Below are positions 54,791 through 64,000 of a stretch of DNA of 64,000 nucleotides, in pieces. The position numbers and the translations under genes were made by a program. The stretch comes from a bacterium (GTDB taxonomy: Bacteria; Chlamydiota; Chlamydiia; Chlamydiales; SM23-39), in assembly GCA_021781995.1 (NCBI GenBank), contig JAJXVT010000001.1, forward strand, positions 70,171 through 134,170. Direction: 5' to 3'. Numbering within the stretch: the first letter of the stretch is position 1; every line of letters begins with the position of its first letter. The notes below the pieces were generated by a model. It was not told where the DNA came from and did not search any database. It worked only from the letters and a program-made list of their open reading frames with translations.

Positions 54791-56347
54791 TCAACTAAAA
54801 TTCGTCAAGGAGCTGATTCCTAGTGCAATGAGAAAATATATCGACATCGACAAAAAGTCATTGAATGCAGTTACGATGGGGCCGGCAGAGACTGCCGGAT
54901 CTATGCCGATACGAGAAAAGAAAAGTGGGGAGAAAACCCCGAGCAATGTTCCAGCAGCACATCCGCCGATCAAACCGATGCCAATAATGGATGCCATGAG
55001 TGCCGGGGACATAGGAGAAACATCAAAACTAAATGCAGAATTGAGAACGTATACAACAAGCCCGCAGACCACTCCGAAAATAGCTCCGGTAAACATGCCG
55101 CCGAGCAATTCCTTTACGATAGTTTCTCGCTTTGATGCCATGGAAAATCCCCCCATGGCCATGATGCGGATTAAAACCGTGCTGCACTGCAGACCGATAT
55201 TGCCCGACATACCGGTGATCAAAGGAACAAAAAATAGCGCAAATGTAAAAACTCCGCCTTCATGTTGAAGAAATGAGGACATCACTCCCATATTTACAAG
55301 GCCGGCAAGAAGCGTTACTCCGAGCCAGGGGGCTCTTGTAATGAAGCGTTTTAAAACAGAGTCGTAAGAAGTAAATTTATCGTGGGTACCAGCCATTTTG
55401 GCAATGGTTTCATCGGTTAAATCTTCCATCGCCTCAACGACATCTTCATGAGCAATTACACCAACTAAATAGTTGTCGATATCCACAACTGGCAGCGAAG
55501 AAATTTCATAGCGTTCTACTAGATCGATTACTTCTTCGCGAGTCGCATCGGGCGTAACTTTATGCAAAACAGGGCGCATCACTTGCCGAAGAGGAGTGTG
55601 CTGGGGATTGATAATCATATTGCGAGCCGGAACGCATCCTTGCAGCTCTCCTGCGTGATTGAGTATAAAAATGCCCTTGGTAAAATCAATGCGGGGGTTA
55701 TCGCGAATATAGGCCGCTGATTCGCCGATTGTCATGTCCATCGTGAATGCAAAAAATTCAGACGTCATAAGCCGGCCTGCGCTTTTTCGGTCATGTCTTT
55801 TTAACTCGATGATTTGCACGGCTTTTTTGGAATCGATCAAATCCATGAGCCGTCGAAAGCGGCGCTCCGGCATGTCTTCCAATAACCAAACAGCCTCATC
55901 TGTGGGCACTCTTTCGAAAATTTTCTTTAACTCTGAATCGTCGAGCTGTCTGAATAAAGTAAGTCGAGTATCGCTATCGGTGTTGACAATGAATTTGATT
56001 TTAGCATCGCGGCTAGGAAGATTTTCATAAAGAACAGGGCGGACATTGGGCGGCAGATGGGATGCGGCGTAGGCCAAGTCGATAGGGGAATGCTCGCAGG
56101 CGATTTTTGCGATGTCGTGCAGGCGGATTTTCGAAGTTTGTTTGTGAAAAGCCTGCTCAAGTTTTTCTTTGAGAAGATCGTCAATCTGGCCTGTTTTCGA
56201 TTCAAACGGATCAATTGCACGTAGATCGTTTTTCTCCTCTAACTCGCCCTGTACGTCAATTTGCATGTCCGTTTCTCTTAAGAACGGCTCCAGTATAGGA
56301 GCTTTTTGATCTTTAAAGCAAGAAGCAATTGATTCATTAAAAAGCAA
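54791..56347 (-). CDS. mgtE: Magnesium transporter MgtE
   Basis: N-domain, CBS pair (AGRLMT...LPVVD), SGNIGLQ and DPAVSAGP..T..ND motifs; start may be at 56266. Confidence 0.92.
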   Translation of the reverse strand: MLFNESIASCFKDQKAPILEPFLRETDMQIDVQGELEEKNDLRAIDPFESKTGQIDDLLKEKLEQAFHKQTSKIRLHDIAKIACEHSPIDLAYAASHLPPNVRPVLYENLPSRDAKIKFIVNTDSDTRLTLFRQLDDSELKKIFERVPTDEAVWLLEDMPERRFRRLMDLIDSKKAVQIIELKRHDRKSAGRLMTSEFFAFTMDMTIGESAAYIRDNPRIDFTKGIFILNHAGELQGCVPARNMIINPQHTPLRQVMRPVLHKVTPDATREEVIDLVERYEISSLPVVDIDNYLVGVIAHEDVVEAMEDLTDETIAKMAGTHDKFTSYDSVLKRFITRAPWLGVTLLAGLVNMGVMSSFLQHEGGVFTFALFFVPLITGMSGNIGLQCSTVLIRIMAMGGFSMASKRETIVKELLGGMFTGAIFGVVCGLVVYVLNSAFSFDVSPMSPALMASIIGIGLIGGCAAGTLLGVFSPLFFSRIGIDPAVSAGPIVTAFNDFLSMSIYFLIALGISSLTNFS

Positions 56348-56389
56348 TTTGGTATGCTAGGTCGAATTTAGTTAACCCCCCGAAGGAAA

Positions 56390-58201
56390 ATGTACGATCC
56401 GAAAAAAATTCGCAATATTGCCATCATTGCCCACATCGACCATGGCAAAACTACTTTATTAGACAGTCTTTTAAAACAGTCAAACATCTTCCGCGACAAC
56501 GAAAAAGTTGAAGAGCGGGTAATGGACAGCTTCGATCAAGAAAAAGAGCGCGGCATTACTATCTTTGCTAAACATACTTGCGTGTTTTATAACGATTTTA
56601 AAATAAATATTATCGACACCCCCGGCCACGCCGATTTTTCTGGCGAAGTCGAGCGCGTGCTCGGCATGGTCAATTCGGTTCTTCTCTTAGTCGACGCGCA
56701 AGAAGGCCCTATGCCGCAGACTCGATTTGTGTTATCCAAAGCTTTGAAAATGGGGCTGCGTCCGATTGTTGTCTTGAATAAGATCGACCGCCCTCACGCT
56801 GATCCCGATCGCGTATTGAATGAGACGTTTGATCTCTTCATGGAGTTAGGCGCCAACGATGAACAACTTGACTTTTCTTACATCTATGCCTCCGGATTTA
56901 ATGGTTATGCGATTGAAAAAGTTGGAGATGCTCCGAAGGACTTGACTCCACTGTTTGAATTGATTTTAAAAGCAGCTCCACCACCTCCCGGGACTTTAGA
57001 TTTGCCATTCCTCATGCAAGCGGCAACTTTAAGCTATGACGATTACACCGGAAGACAAGCGACAGGCCGTATCTTAGAAGGGAAAATCAAGAAAGGGGAT
57101 GCTCTTGTCCGTGTAGACCGAGAAGGCAATCACACAAACCATCGCATTACAAAAATTGAAGGTCATCTCGGCTTAAAAAAAGTGGAGTTGGATGATGCCG
57201 GCGCCGGCGACATCGTCTCCATATCCGGAGTTCCTGAAATCGATATCGGCGACACCTTATGCGCCGTTGATAACGTGGTTCAGCTTCCCCCAATTACCCT
57301 TGCAGAACCGACTGTTTCCGTCGAATTTATGGTAAATACAAGCCCATTTGTCGGCAGAGATGGAAAACACGTGACGATGAATAAAATCCGAGATCGGTTG
57401 ATGCGTGAAAAACGCGCCAATATCTCTTTGAAAATTGAAGAGGTCCCTGGACGAGACGATTCCATCCGCGTTTGCGGCCGAGGCGAATTACACTTATCGG
57501 TATTGATTGAAACAATGCGCCGCGAAGGTTATGAAATGGCTATTTCCAAACCAAAAGTAATCACGAAAGTAGAAAATGGCGTAGTGATGGAACCTTTGGA
57601 AAGAGTGCATATCGAAGTGCCTGAAGAATATTCAGGCACGGTCATTGAAGACCTGTCGCGTCGCAAAGGCGAGTTGCGTTCTTTGATTACTTCTGAGCAC
57701 GGACTGACTACCATGTCATTTTTAATGCCGACCCGAGGTCTGATGGGGTATCGCAACGACTTTTTAACTAGAACCTCCGGTTTAGGCGTATTGACTTCGA
57801 TTTTTGAATCATTTGCTGCCTGGAAAGGAGATATCATCGGTCGGTTACGCGGCGTTATGATTTCCGGAAATATGGGCAAAGCCAATGGCTACGGTCTGTT
57901 TAACTTGCAGGAAAGAGGTTCTCTTTTTGTTAAACCAGGCGATGAAGTCTATGAAGGAATGATCGTAGGCGAGCATGCTCGCGATAACGATCTAATCGTT
58001 AATGCAACAAAAGCTAAGCAATTAACGAATATCCGAGCGGCTGGAAGCGATGAAAATATTATTTTAACACCGCCTCGCAAATTCACATTGGAACAGGCTA
58101 TCGATTATATCGCAGATGATGAACTCGTCGAAGTCACTCCCAATTTTGTACGCTTGCGTAAGCTCTATCTCACAGAAAATGAGCGCAAACGCAAGGGTTG
58201 A
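56390..58201 (+). CDS. typA: Translational GTPase TypA/BipA
   Basis: [35 protein letters not shown] and KQLTNIRA motifs. Confidence 0.97.
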   Translation: MYDPKKIRNIAIIAHIDHGKTTLLDSLLKQSNIFRDNEKVEERVMDSFDQEKERGITIFAKHTCVFYNDFKINIIDTPGHADFSGEVERVLGMVNSVLLLVDAQEGPMPQTRFVLSKALKMGLRPIVVLNKIDRPHADPDRVLNETFDLFMELGANDEQLDFSYIYASGFNGYAIEKVGDAPKDLTPLFELILKAAPPPPGTLDLPFLMQAATLSYDDYTGRQATGRILEGKIKKGDALVRVDREGNHTNHRITKIEGHLGLKKVELDDAGAGDIVSISGVPEIDIGDTLCAVDNVVQLPPITLAEPTVSVEFMVNTSPFVGRDGKHVTMNKIRDRLMREKRANISLKIEEVPGRDDSIRVCGRGELHLSVLIETMRREGYEMAISKPKVITKVENGVVMEPLERVHIEVPEEYSGTVIEDLSRRKGELRSLITSEHGLTTMSFLMPTRGLMGYRNDFLTRTSGLGVLTSIFESFAAWKGDIIGRLRGVMISGNMGKANGYGLFNLQERGSLFVKPGDEVYEGMIVGEHARDNDLIVNATKAKQLTNIRAAGSDENIILTPPRKFTLEQAIDYIADDELVEVTPNFVRLRKLYLTENERKRKG

Positions 58202-58235
58202 TTATCTATATCATTTGCAATTCAAGCAAATAATT

Positions 58236-58262
58236 AAAAAGGGGCTAAGCGCCCCTTTTTTT
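58236..58262 (+). terminator. Intrinsic terminator after typA
   Basis: AAAAAGGGGC-TAAGC-GCCCCTTTTTTT. Confidence 0.85.
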
Positions 58263-58557
58263 AGAGAATCTTTTTCAAAACTCAGTAATTACAAAGATTT
58301 GACGCTAAGCCGCGAAGATACTTACGTTTTTATAAATCGTTCACGATTCTTTCTATCCCACTATGAAGAAGTTTCTCTCCAAAGTTGAGCAGCAATCCTA
58401 ATTTGAGTTTTGTCAAACGCGAATACGTCAACACTTGTGCTTTATGATCCACTGCATCTCAACTGCAGCGTCTTTGCTTTGAGACTAATTGTGTTATGTT
58501 TATTTTTACTTTAAAAATCAATTCTCGTATCATAATTCCTAAGTAAACGGAATAAAC

Positions 58558-59823
58558 ATGTCGACTCCTTCGGTTCGCGGTATCCAATACACAGAATGGT
58601 CTGAGAGGCCATCTGAACGTGGCAAAAGAATCCTTGTCGTAGGCGACTGTTATGGTGGCTTAGGGGATTTGTTTGTATCTCAAAAAATCATAGACTGTGT
58701 AAAAAGGATTTTACTACATCCCGATAACCGATTTGGTTATTCCGTAGATTTCACTCTATTATTGAATGGCATGTCTGGTAGAATTCCTCCCGACCATCCA
58801 GATTCTCCGGCTATAGCAGCAGCTCAAGAGACAAGACACTGGGAAATTTTAGATTCTGCACAAACCTTGCAACGTTTAGATGATTATGCAATCACCATTT
58901 ACTTTCCTTACTCAGGCTTCATTCCAGACCAATTAACAAATATAGCGAAAGAAAAATTGATCTTAGTTGGCGAATTTGGTTTTTTTCATTCATATTTATC
59001 TGAAACAGCTCCCGGAACATGTGTAACATTGGGTATTTCTCCAAGAAGCAATGGGGTTTTTGTTCCAGAGGCCTATCGAGACAGCGATAGATTGTTGAGA
59101 CCCCGTCTTTTAGAAAATAGAAAAACTGAATTAGCGCAACTTCCAAGTCAGTTCCACGCTTTGTTTCCTGAAGAAGAAGATCGTCTGCAGCAAATGTCAT
59201 TGCACATTTGCTACGCGCATAGTCCAAGTGTAATAACTGCTTTTATGGCTGCGATTTTGCAGATGAAGAGTTCTTCAGAAACGGTAATGTTCTGGTGCCT
59301 TTTTGAACCTGATGAATACTTGGTGCGCCAAATCATCAAAGAATCTTTAAAACACACTGAGTATTCTTGTATTGAATTAGTCGATCGCGAAGGAGAGATT
59401 ATCCCTGTTAAATCGGCAGAAAATCCTAGACTAACCTGTAAAATCGTATTTGCTCCTTTGTTCGAATCATCGCAAAAGCAATCACTAATCAACGCTGCTA
59501 ATTTAGAGACTTTGGTAGAAGGGCCTTCATTTTTGTTTGAATGTCTATACGCAGGTCTTGTCCCATTTTACAGATCACCGAGTCATTTGAACAAACTCGA
59601 AGAACAACTACTAGAAGCCGCGTTTGAATCTCAGGTTTCATTTCCAGTGTTCTCGCGAGACAATGTTACTTCGTTTGACGTTGAAAACCGTTTGCATGAT
59701 GTAACTGGCAGCGAAAACTCATTGAATCGCTGGCGTGCGTTTGTTCAACGTATAATAGCTTTTAATCATGGACGTTTAGAAGATAAATTTCGCTCTCTTA
59801 TTTCTCGAATCTGTAGGCTTTGA
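58558..59823 (+). CDS. Hypothetical protein, possible GT-B fold glycosyltransferase
   Basis: N-terminal VVGDCYGGLGD and C-terminal LVEGPSFLFECLYAGLVPFY motifs. Confidence 0.5.
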   Translation: MSTPSVRGIQYTEWSERPSERGKRILVVGDCYGGLGDLFVSQKIIDCVKRILLHPDNRFGYSVDFTLLLNGMSGRIPPDHPDSPAIAAAQETRHWEILDSAQTLQRLDDYAITIYFPYSGFIPDQLTNIAKEKLILVGEFGFFHSYLSETAPGTCVTLGISPRSNGVFVPEAYRDSDRLLRPRLLENRKTELAQLPSQFHALFPEEEDRLQQMSLHICYAHSPSVITAFMAAILQMKSSSETVMFWCLFEPDEYLVRQIIKESLKHTEYSCIELVDREGEIIPVKSAENPRLTCKIVFAPLFESSQKQSLINAANLETLVEGPSFLFECLYAGLVPFYRSPSHLNKLEEQLLEAAFESQVSFPVFSRDNVTSFDVENRLHDVTGSENSLNRWRAFVQRIIAFNHGRLEDKFRSLISRICRL

Positions 59824-60383
59824 TGCTGAGCTTTCAATTTGCATAGCTGCCGTCTGTGGCTGTTTGTGATGCGTTCCCTTCGGATAAAACATGAATTAGT
59901 GCCGCGAGCAAGTGCAGCGTATAAAGTTTTTTCTTGTTCAATGATATCATTCAATGATTTTTGGAATTGCATCGCTATTGGCATTTCAGTACGCAAAGAG
60001 TTGATGTCGTGCTGAAATATCAATTCTCGTATCTGAGCTAATTTTTGTGTCTGATTTTCATTTTGCATATTCCAATTTTGTATATGTCGAAAATCGATTC
60101 TTGAAAGCTCTCTTTTGATCATCACAATTTTTCGGCCAGCCATTTTTTGAAGTCGGCAGGATAAGGCTAAGGTTAAGGAGATAGCCATTCTATGGCGTTG
60201 CGGTAGTAAAGATTGCATTTGCATTTCCATTTTCGAGAAGATGGATCGATACGCACTCAATTGTAAAATCAAAAGCTCTTGATCTGTCAAACTTCTTCTA
60301 TAGATTCTCAAAGGATAGAGTAAAGCAAATTCACGAGAATACTCAGCGCTTAACGCCGCATCTACAATTCTGTGTACCGTCAT
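59766..60383 (-). CDS. Hypothetical helical protein
   Basis: 205-aa ORF convergent on, and overlapping, the previous gene. Confidence 0.5.
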   Translation of the reverse strand: MTVHRIVDAALSAEYSREFALLYPLRIYRRSLTDQELLILQLSAYRSIFSKMEMQMQSLLPQRHRMAISLTLALSCRLQKMAGRKIVMIKRELSRIDFRHIQNWNMQNENQTQKLAQIRELIFQHDINSLRTEMPIAMQFQKSLNDIIEQEKTLYAALARGTNSCFIRRERITNSHRRQLCKLKAQHQSLQIREIRERNLSSKRP

Positions 60384-60484
60384 AAATCACAAGTAATTTT
60401 TCAGTTGTCTCAATCTATCAAAGCTATTTTTTTTTCGCGATTATTTTTCTTGAAAATTGGGAAGCTGTTTTATAGGATTAACGT

Positions 60485-61768
60485 ATGAGAAACAAATCCA
60501 ATACGATATATAAAAAAGCATGTGCTGCTATACCAGGAGGGGTGAATTCTCCTGTTAGATCTTTTAGCGGCGTCGGTATCGATCCCATGATTGTAGATTC
60601 CGGCTGCAAAGATGTAATTTTTGATGTGGATGGCAATCAGTACATTGATTACTGCGGCAGTTGGGGGCCATTGATTTTAGGGCATGCACATCCTGCTATT
60701 ATTCAGGCAGCTCATGAACAAATGCAAAAAGGCTTGTCGTTTGGTATTTCCACAGAAGTGGAGCAGCTTTTAGCTGAAGAAATTGTTCGCTTAGTACCTT
60801 CGATTGAAAAAATTCGTTTTGTAACTTCAGGCACTGAAGCGACAATGACTGCATTGCGCATTGCGCGCGGCTGTACATCGCGTCATAAAATTTTAAAGTT
60901 TACAGGTAATTATCACGGTCATAGCGACGCTTTATTGGTACAAGCAGGATCGGGCGTTTTATCTATAAATTCCAGAGCCACTTCTTTAGGTGTGACTCCA
61001 GGAGCTATTGACGATACGCTGATTCTTCCATACAATGACATAGCGGCGTTGCGTTTATTTTTTCAAAGCGAAATAACTCAAGGCCTCGCTGCGGTCATTG
61101 TAGAACCGGTAGCTGGAAATATGGGCGTTGTGCCTCCCATCGAAGGTTTTTTGGAAACTCTTAGATGTGAAACTCAGCGCGTTGGCGCACTTCTTATTTT
61201 CGATGAAGTGATCACAGGCTTTCGGTTGGGTTTAACCGGAGCTCAAGGACTTTATGATATAGATCCAGATCTCACATGCTTTGGAAAGGTAATCGGAGGC
61301 GGAATGCCAGTGGCAGCAGTCGGGGGGAAGGCTCGATATATGGATTGCTTAGCGCCAATCGGCGGCGTTTACCAAGCTGGAACGCTTGCCGGAAATCCAG
61401 TAGCGATGAGAGTCGGACTTGAAATGTTGCGTTGGTTGCAGAAAGACGGCGTTTACGAACAGTTAGAAGCGAAATCTCGTCGTTTAACCGATCCTATCAG
61501 CGAAGCTCTTGAAGGAAAAAATGCATCGCTTCAACGCGTGGGATCTATGTTTACGATCTTTTTAGGAGCTAATCGGGTGCGCAACCATAAGGATCTTTCG
61601 GTTTTAGATAAACAGCGTTATGCGAGATTTTTCAACTACTTATTCAATCGCGGCATTTATATCCCTCCCGCTCAGCAAGAGGCGTGGTTTGTTTCCCTAG
61701 CACATACGGAAAGACATCTCGACTATACCGCAGAGTCTGTTTGTTCTTTTTTTTATGAGGAAAAATAA
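60485..61768 (+). CDS. hemL: Glutamate-1-semialdehyde 2,1-aminomutase
   Basis: PGGVNSPVR, SGTEATM, YHGHSD, FDEVITGFR and FGKVIGGG motifs. Confidence 0.97.
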   Translation: MRNKSNTIYKKACAAIPGGVNSPVRSFSGVGIDPMIVDSGCKDVIFDVDGNQYIDYCGSWGPLILGHAHPAIIQAAHEQMQKGLSFGISTEVEQLLAEEIVRLVPSIEKIRFVTSGTEATMTALRIARGCTSRHKILKFTGNYHGHSDALLVQAGSGVLSINSRATSLGVTPGAIDDTLILPYNDIAALRLFFQSEITQGLAAVIVEPVAGNMGVVPPIEGFLETLRCETQRVGALLIFDEVITGFRLGLTGAQGLYDIDPDLTCFGKVIGGGMPVAAVGGKARYMDCLAPIGGVYQAGTLAGNPVAMRVGLEMLRWLQKDGVYEQLEAKSRRLTDPISEALEGKNASLQRVGSMFTIFLGANRVRNHKDLSVLDKQRYARFFNYLFNRGIYIPPAQQEAWFVSLAHTERHLDYTAESVCSFFYEEK

Positions 61769-62211
61769 TGGAAATGATTGTTGTATGGACATTGGTTTTG
61801 GTCGGTTTATTTTTGCTTTATCTGGAATTTTTCTTTCCAGGGGCAATTTTGGCAGTAATAGGCAGCTCATTGCTTTTAGCTAGCGCATACGTTTTTCACT
61901 GGATGCGGCCCGGCGCAACCCACCTTGTGAAATATTTTTTAGTTTTATCTATAGCAATTTTTACAGTTGTAAAATTTGCCTCCTGGCGATTACATATTAT
62001 GGCTAAAAAAATCCCCCCTCCTTATCCAAAAGATTTAGTTGGAAAAAAAGGAAAAACTGCCACAAAATTAACACCTGCCGGACGTATTTTTATCGATGAT
62101 AAAATCTTTCAGGCTCAATCTTTAACTGGCCCGATTGGCAGGGGAGAAGATGTGACAATCGTAAGGGCTGAAGAGTCTCATCTGATTGTAGAAAGTACTC
62201 GTCTTGAATGA
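61768..62211 (+). CDS. NfeD-like membrane protein
   Basis: Three TMs with LEFFFPG, then an OB-fold tail LVGKKG...LTPAG. Confidence 0.75.
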   Translation: MEMIVVWTLVLVGLFLLYLEFFFPGAILAVIGSSLLLASAYVFHWMRPGATHLVKYFLVLSIAIFTVVKFASWRLHIMAKKIPPPYPKDLVGKKGKTATKLTPAGRIFIDDKIFQAQSLTGPIGRGEDVTIVRAEESHLIVESTRLE

Positions 62212-62610
62212 TCAATCAGTAGATTTGGGAATTCGAGAGGCGCTTAGCTTTTTTACTTCGAGTTGCGATTCTGCCATCAAAATTGTTTCCCCTTCAACGT
62301 CTAAAAGATAGAGTGTTGTTTTGGGGCTAATCATTCGTTTTTCAACGACCTGAATAGATTGCGTGGCACTACCGCTTTGCAATCGTCTATGAATGAGGCG
62401 TCGCAAAATGTATACAGTACCCCATAGCAAAGCAATTAAAAGAATCAAAGATAGAAGCATTTTCGCAAATGCGGCGCCAAAATCGCCTTGGGGGATATTT
62501 TGAATTCCTGGAATTGTTTCATCCAGAGCAACTGTTGCATGAATCAAAATGTCATTTACATCGGTCTCGGGCATGAGCAAAGAGTAGCAATTGAAATGTG
62601 TTACGCGCAA
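62212..62610 (-). CDS. FliO/MopB family protein
   Basis: Single TM then IQVVEKRMISPKTTLYLLDVEGETILMA; start probably at 62574. Confidence 0.65.
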   Translation of the reverse strand: MRVTHFNCYSLLMPETDVNDILIHATVALDETIPGIQNIPQGDFGAAFAKMLLSLILLIALLWGTVYILRRLIHRRLQSGSATQSIQVVEKRMISPKTTLYLLDVEGETILMAESQLEVKKLSASRIPKSTD

Positions 62611-62675
62611 GTGAATTCTGATTCTTGAATCATTTTGGGGACATTTGCTACACTCAGTTGATTGCGAGGAATGTC

Positions 62676-63968
62676 ATGCCATTTACTGTTACGATGCCAA
62701 AATTATCTCCAACGATGGAAGAAGGTGCCATTGCTAAATGGCATAAAAAGGAAGGCGACTTCGTTCAAGACGGAGATTTGTTATTTGAAGTTGCTACAGA
62801 CAAAGCAACGGTAGAGTACAGTGCCTTAGATCGAGGATTTTTACGCAAAATTCTGATCGGAGAGGGAGTTCATGCAGTCGTCGGGCAGCCGGTAGCTATC
62901 TTTTCTGTAAAAGAAAATGAAAATCTTGCAAGTTACATTCCTGAAACAGTCCAATCCACAGAGTCAACTGAATCTGTATCTGAGAAAAAAATTATTCCAC
63001 AACCTCAAGAAACAGCTTCTCAACCTGTGGTGTCAATATCACAACCAGCCTTTACTCCAGAACCTCCAATACAAGATTATTCTTTTGCATTTCCAATAGG
63101 GGAAAGCAAAGAGCGAGTGGCGGCATCTCCACTTGCTAAAAAACTAGCAAAAGAAAAGGGGTTAGATTTGCATTCGGTTCAAGGAAGCGGGCCGGGTGGT
63201 AGGGTTACTAGCAAGGATTTAAATTTAGCCCAACCCGACCAAATTGTTTCGTTTGCTCCTAGAGAAAAACCCACTATTGCTTCAGGATCTTATGAAGAAA
63301 CGCCTCTTTCACCCATGCGTAAAGTAATTGCGGCACGATTACAACAATCTAAAAGCTCCATACCCCATTTTTATATTCGTCAAGAAGTGAATGCTGAAGC
63401 GCTCGGTCTCGCGAGAGATCAATTAAAAAATAGCGGTCTCAAGGTCACTATTAATGACTTTATCATTCGAGCTTGCGCTCTAGCACTGCGAGAACATCCG
63501 AAAGTCAACAGCGGTTTTAATTCGGTTTCTCAATCTGTTATCCAATTTCAAACCATTGATATTGCAATCGCTGTTTCTGTGGATGCAGGACTTATTACTC
63601 CAATTATTCGTTTTGCCGATTATAAGAATTTGGGAGAATTGTCTGTCGAAACAAAGGAATTAGCGTCTCGTGCTAAAATAGGGAAGCTCCAACCTGAAGA
63701 ATATAAAGGAGGCTCTTTTACAATTTCAAATCTCGGCATGTTTGGAGTCTCTGATTTTGTCGCTGTCATCAACCCCCCGCAAGCTGCAATTTTAGCTGTT
63801 TCCGGAATAGAAAATTGCATTCGCATTCGAGATGGAATAGCTGTAATCGGCAAGAAAATGAATATTACGTTATCTGCAGATCATCGGGTAATCGATGGAG
63901 CTGATGGAGCGAAATTCATCAAAACAGTGCAGAAACATCTTGAAAACCCGGCAGCATTAATCGTGTAA
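62676..63968 (+). CDS. pdhC: Pyruvate dehydrogenase E2 (dihydrolipoamide acetyltransferase)
   Basis: MPKLSPTMEEG, lipoyl TDKA, ASPLA..LA binding domain, DHRVIDG; GAGGA SD before ATG at 62676. Confidence 0.95.
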   Translation: MPFTVTMPKLSPTMEEGAIAKWHKKEGDFVQDGDLLFEVATDKATVEYSALDRGFLRKILIGEGVHAVVGQPVAIFSVKENENLASYIPETVQSTESTESVSEKKIIPQPQETASQPVVSISQPAFTPEPPIQDYSFAFPIGESKERVAASPLAKKLAKEKGLDLHSVQGSGPGGRVTSKDLNLAQPDQIVSFAPREKPTIASGSYEETPLSPMRKVIAARLQQSKSSIPHFYIRQEVNAEALGLARDQLKNSGLKVTINDFIIRACALALREHPKVNSGFNSVSQSVIQFQTIDIAIAVSVDAGLITPIIRFADYKNLGELSVETKELASRAKIGKLQPEEYKGGSFTISNLGMFGVSDFVAVINPPQAAILAVSGIENCIRIRDGIAVIGKKMNITLSADHRVIDGADGAKFIKTVQKHLENPAALIV

Positions 63969-64000
63969 AAGCTCAAAAACAGTTACAAAGCCAATTACAA

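Noticed and set aside
58276..58412. CAAAACTCA...TGAGTTTTG inverted pair downstream of typA, and the 58116-58388 ORF
   Set aside because: Only 9 bp in AT-rich DNA with no GAGGTAG end or shared core; the ORF spans the typA end and its terminator.

Overview
A 64 kb chromosomal segment from an environmental member of the phylum Chlamydiota. The assignment rests on chlamydial gene order and signatures: kdsB-pyrG-yqgF-zwf-pgl, rpmG-lolE-lolD, pknD next to valS, glgX next to the T3SS chaperone slc1, yidC-dnaA, and the chlamydial ValS insert. Housekeeping blocks, including a classical men menaquinone cluster, alternate with accessory candidate host-interaction genes. These are a ~3100-aa DUF3638/SF2-ATPase-like protein, an F-box-like helical repeat protein, a nucleotidyltransferase-motif protein plus LRR protein pair inside the men operon, an EarP-like GT-B protein, an orphan TpsB-type transporter and two small paralogous proteins with consensus promoters. 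The most striking sequence-level signal is a family of short palindromic elements with ends AGAGGTAGTT(GCAAAACT)...(AGTTTTGC)AACTACCTCT, present in at least four copies. One copy is inserted in frame in menH and adds about 32 aa, analogous to Rickettsia palindromic elements. I saw no rRNA, tRNA, CRISPR array or transposase. All calls come from reading motifs by eye; no searches were run.
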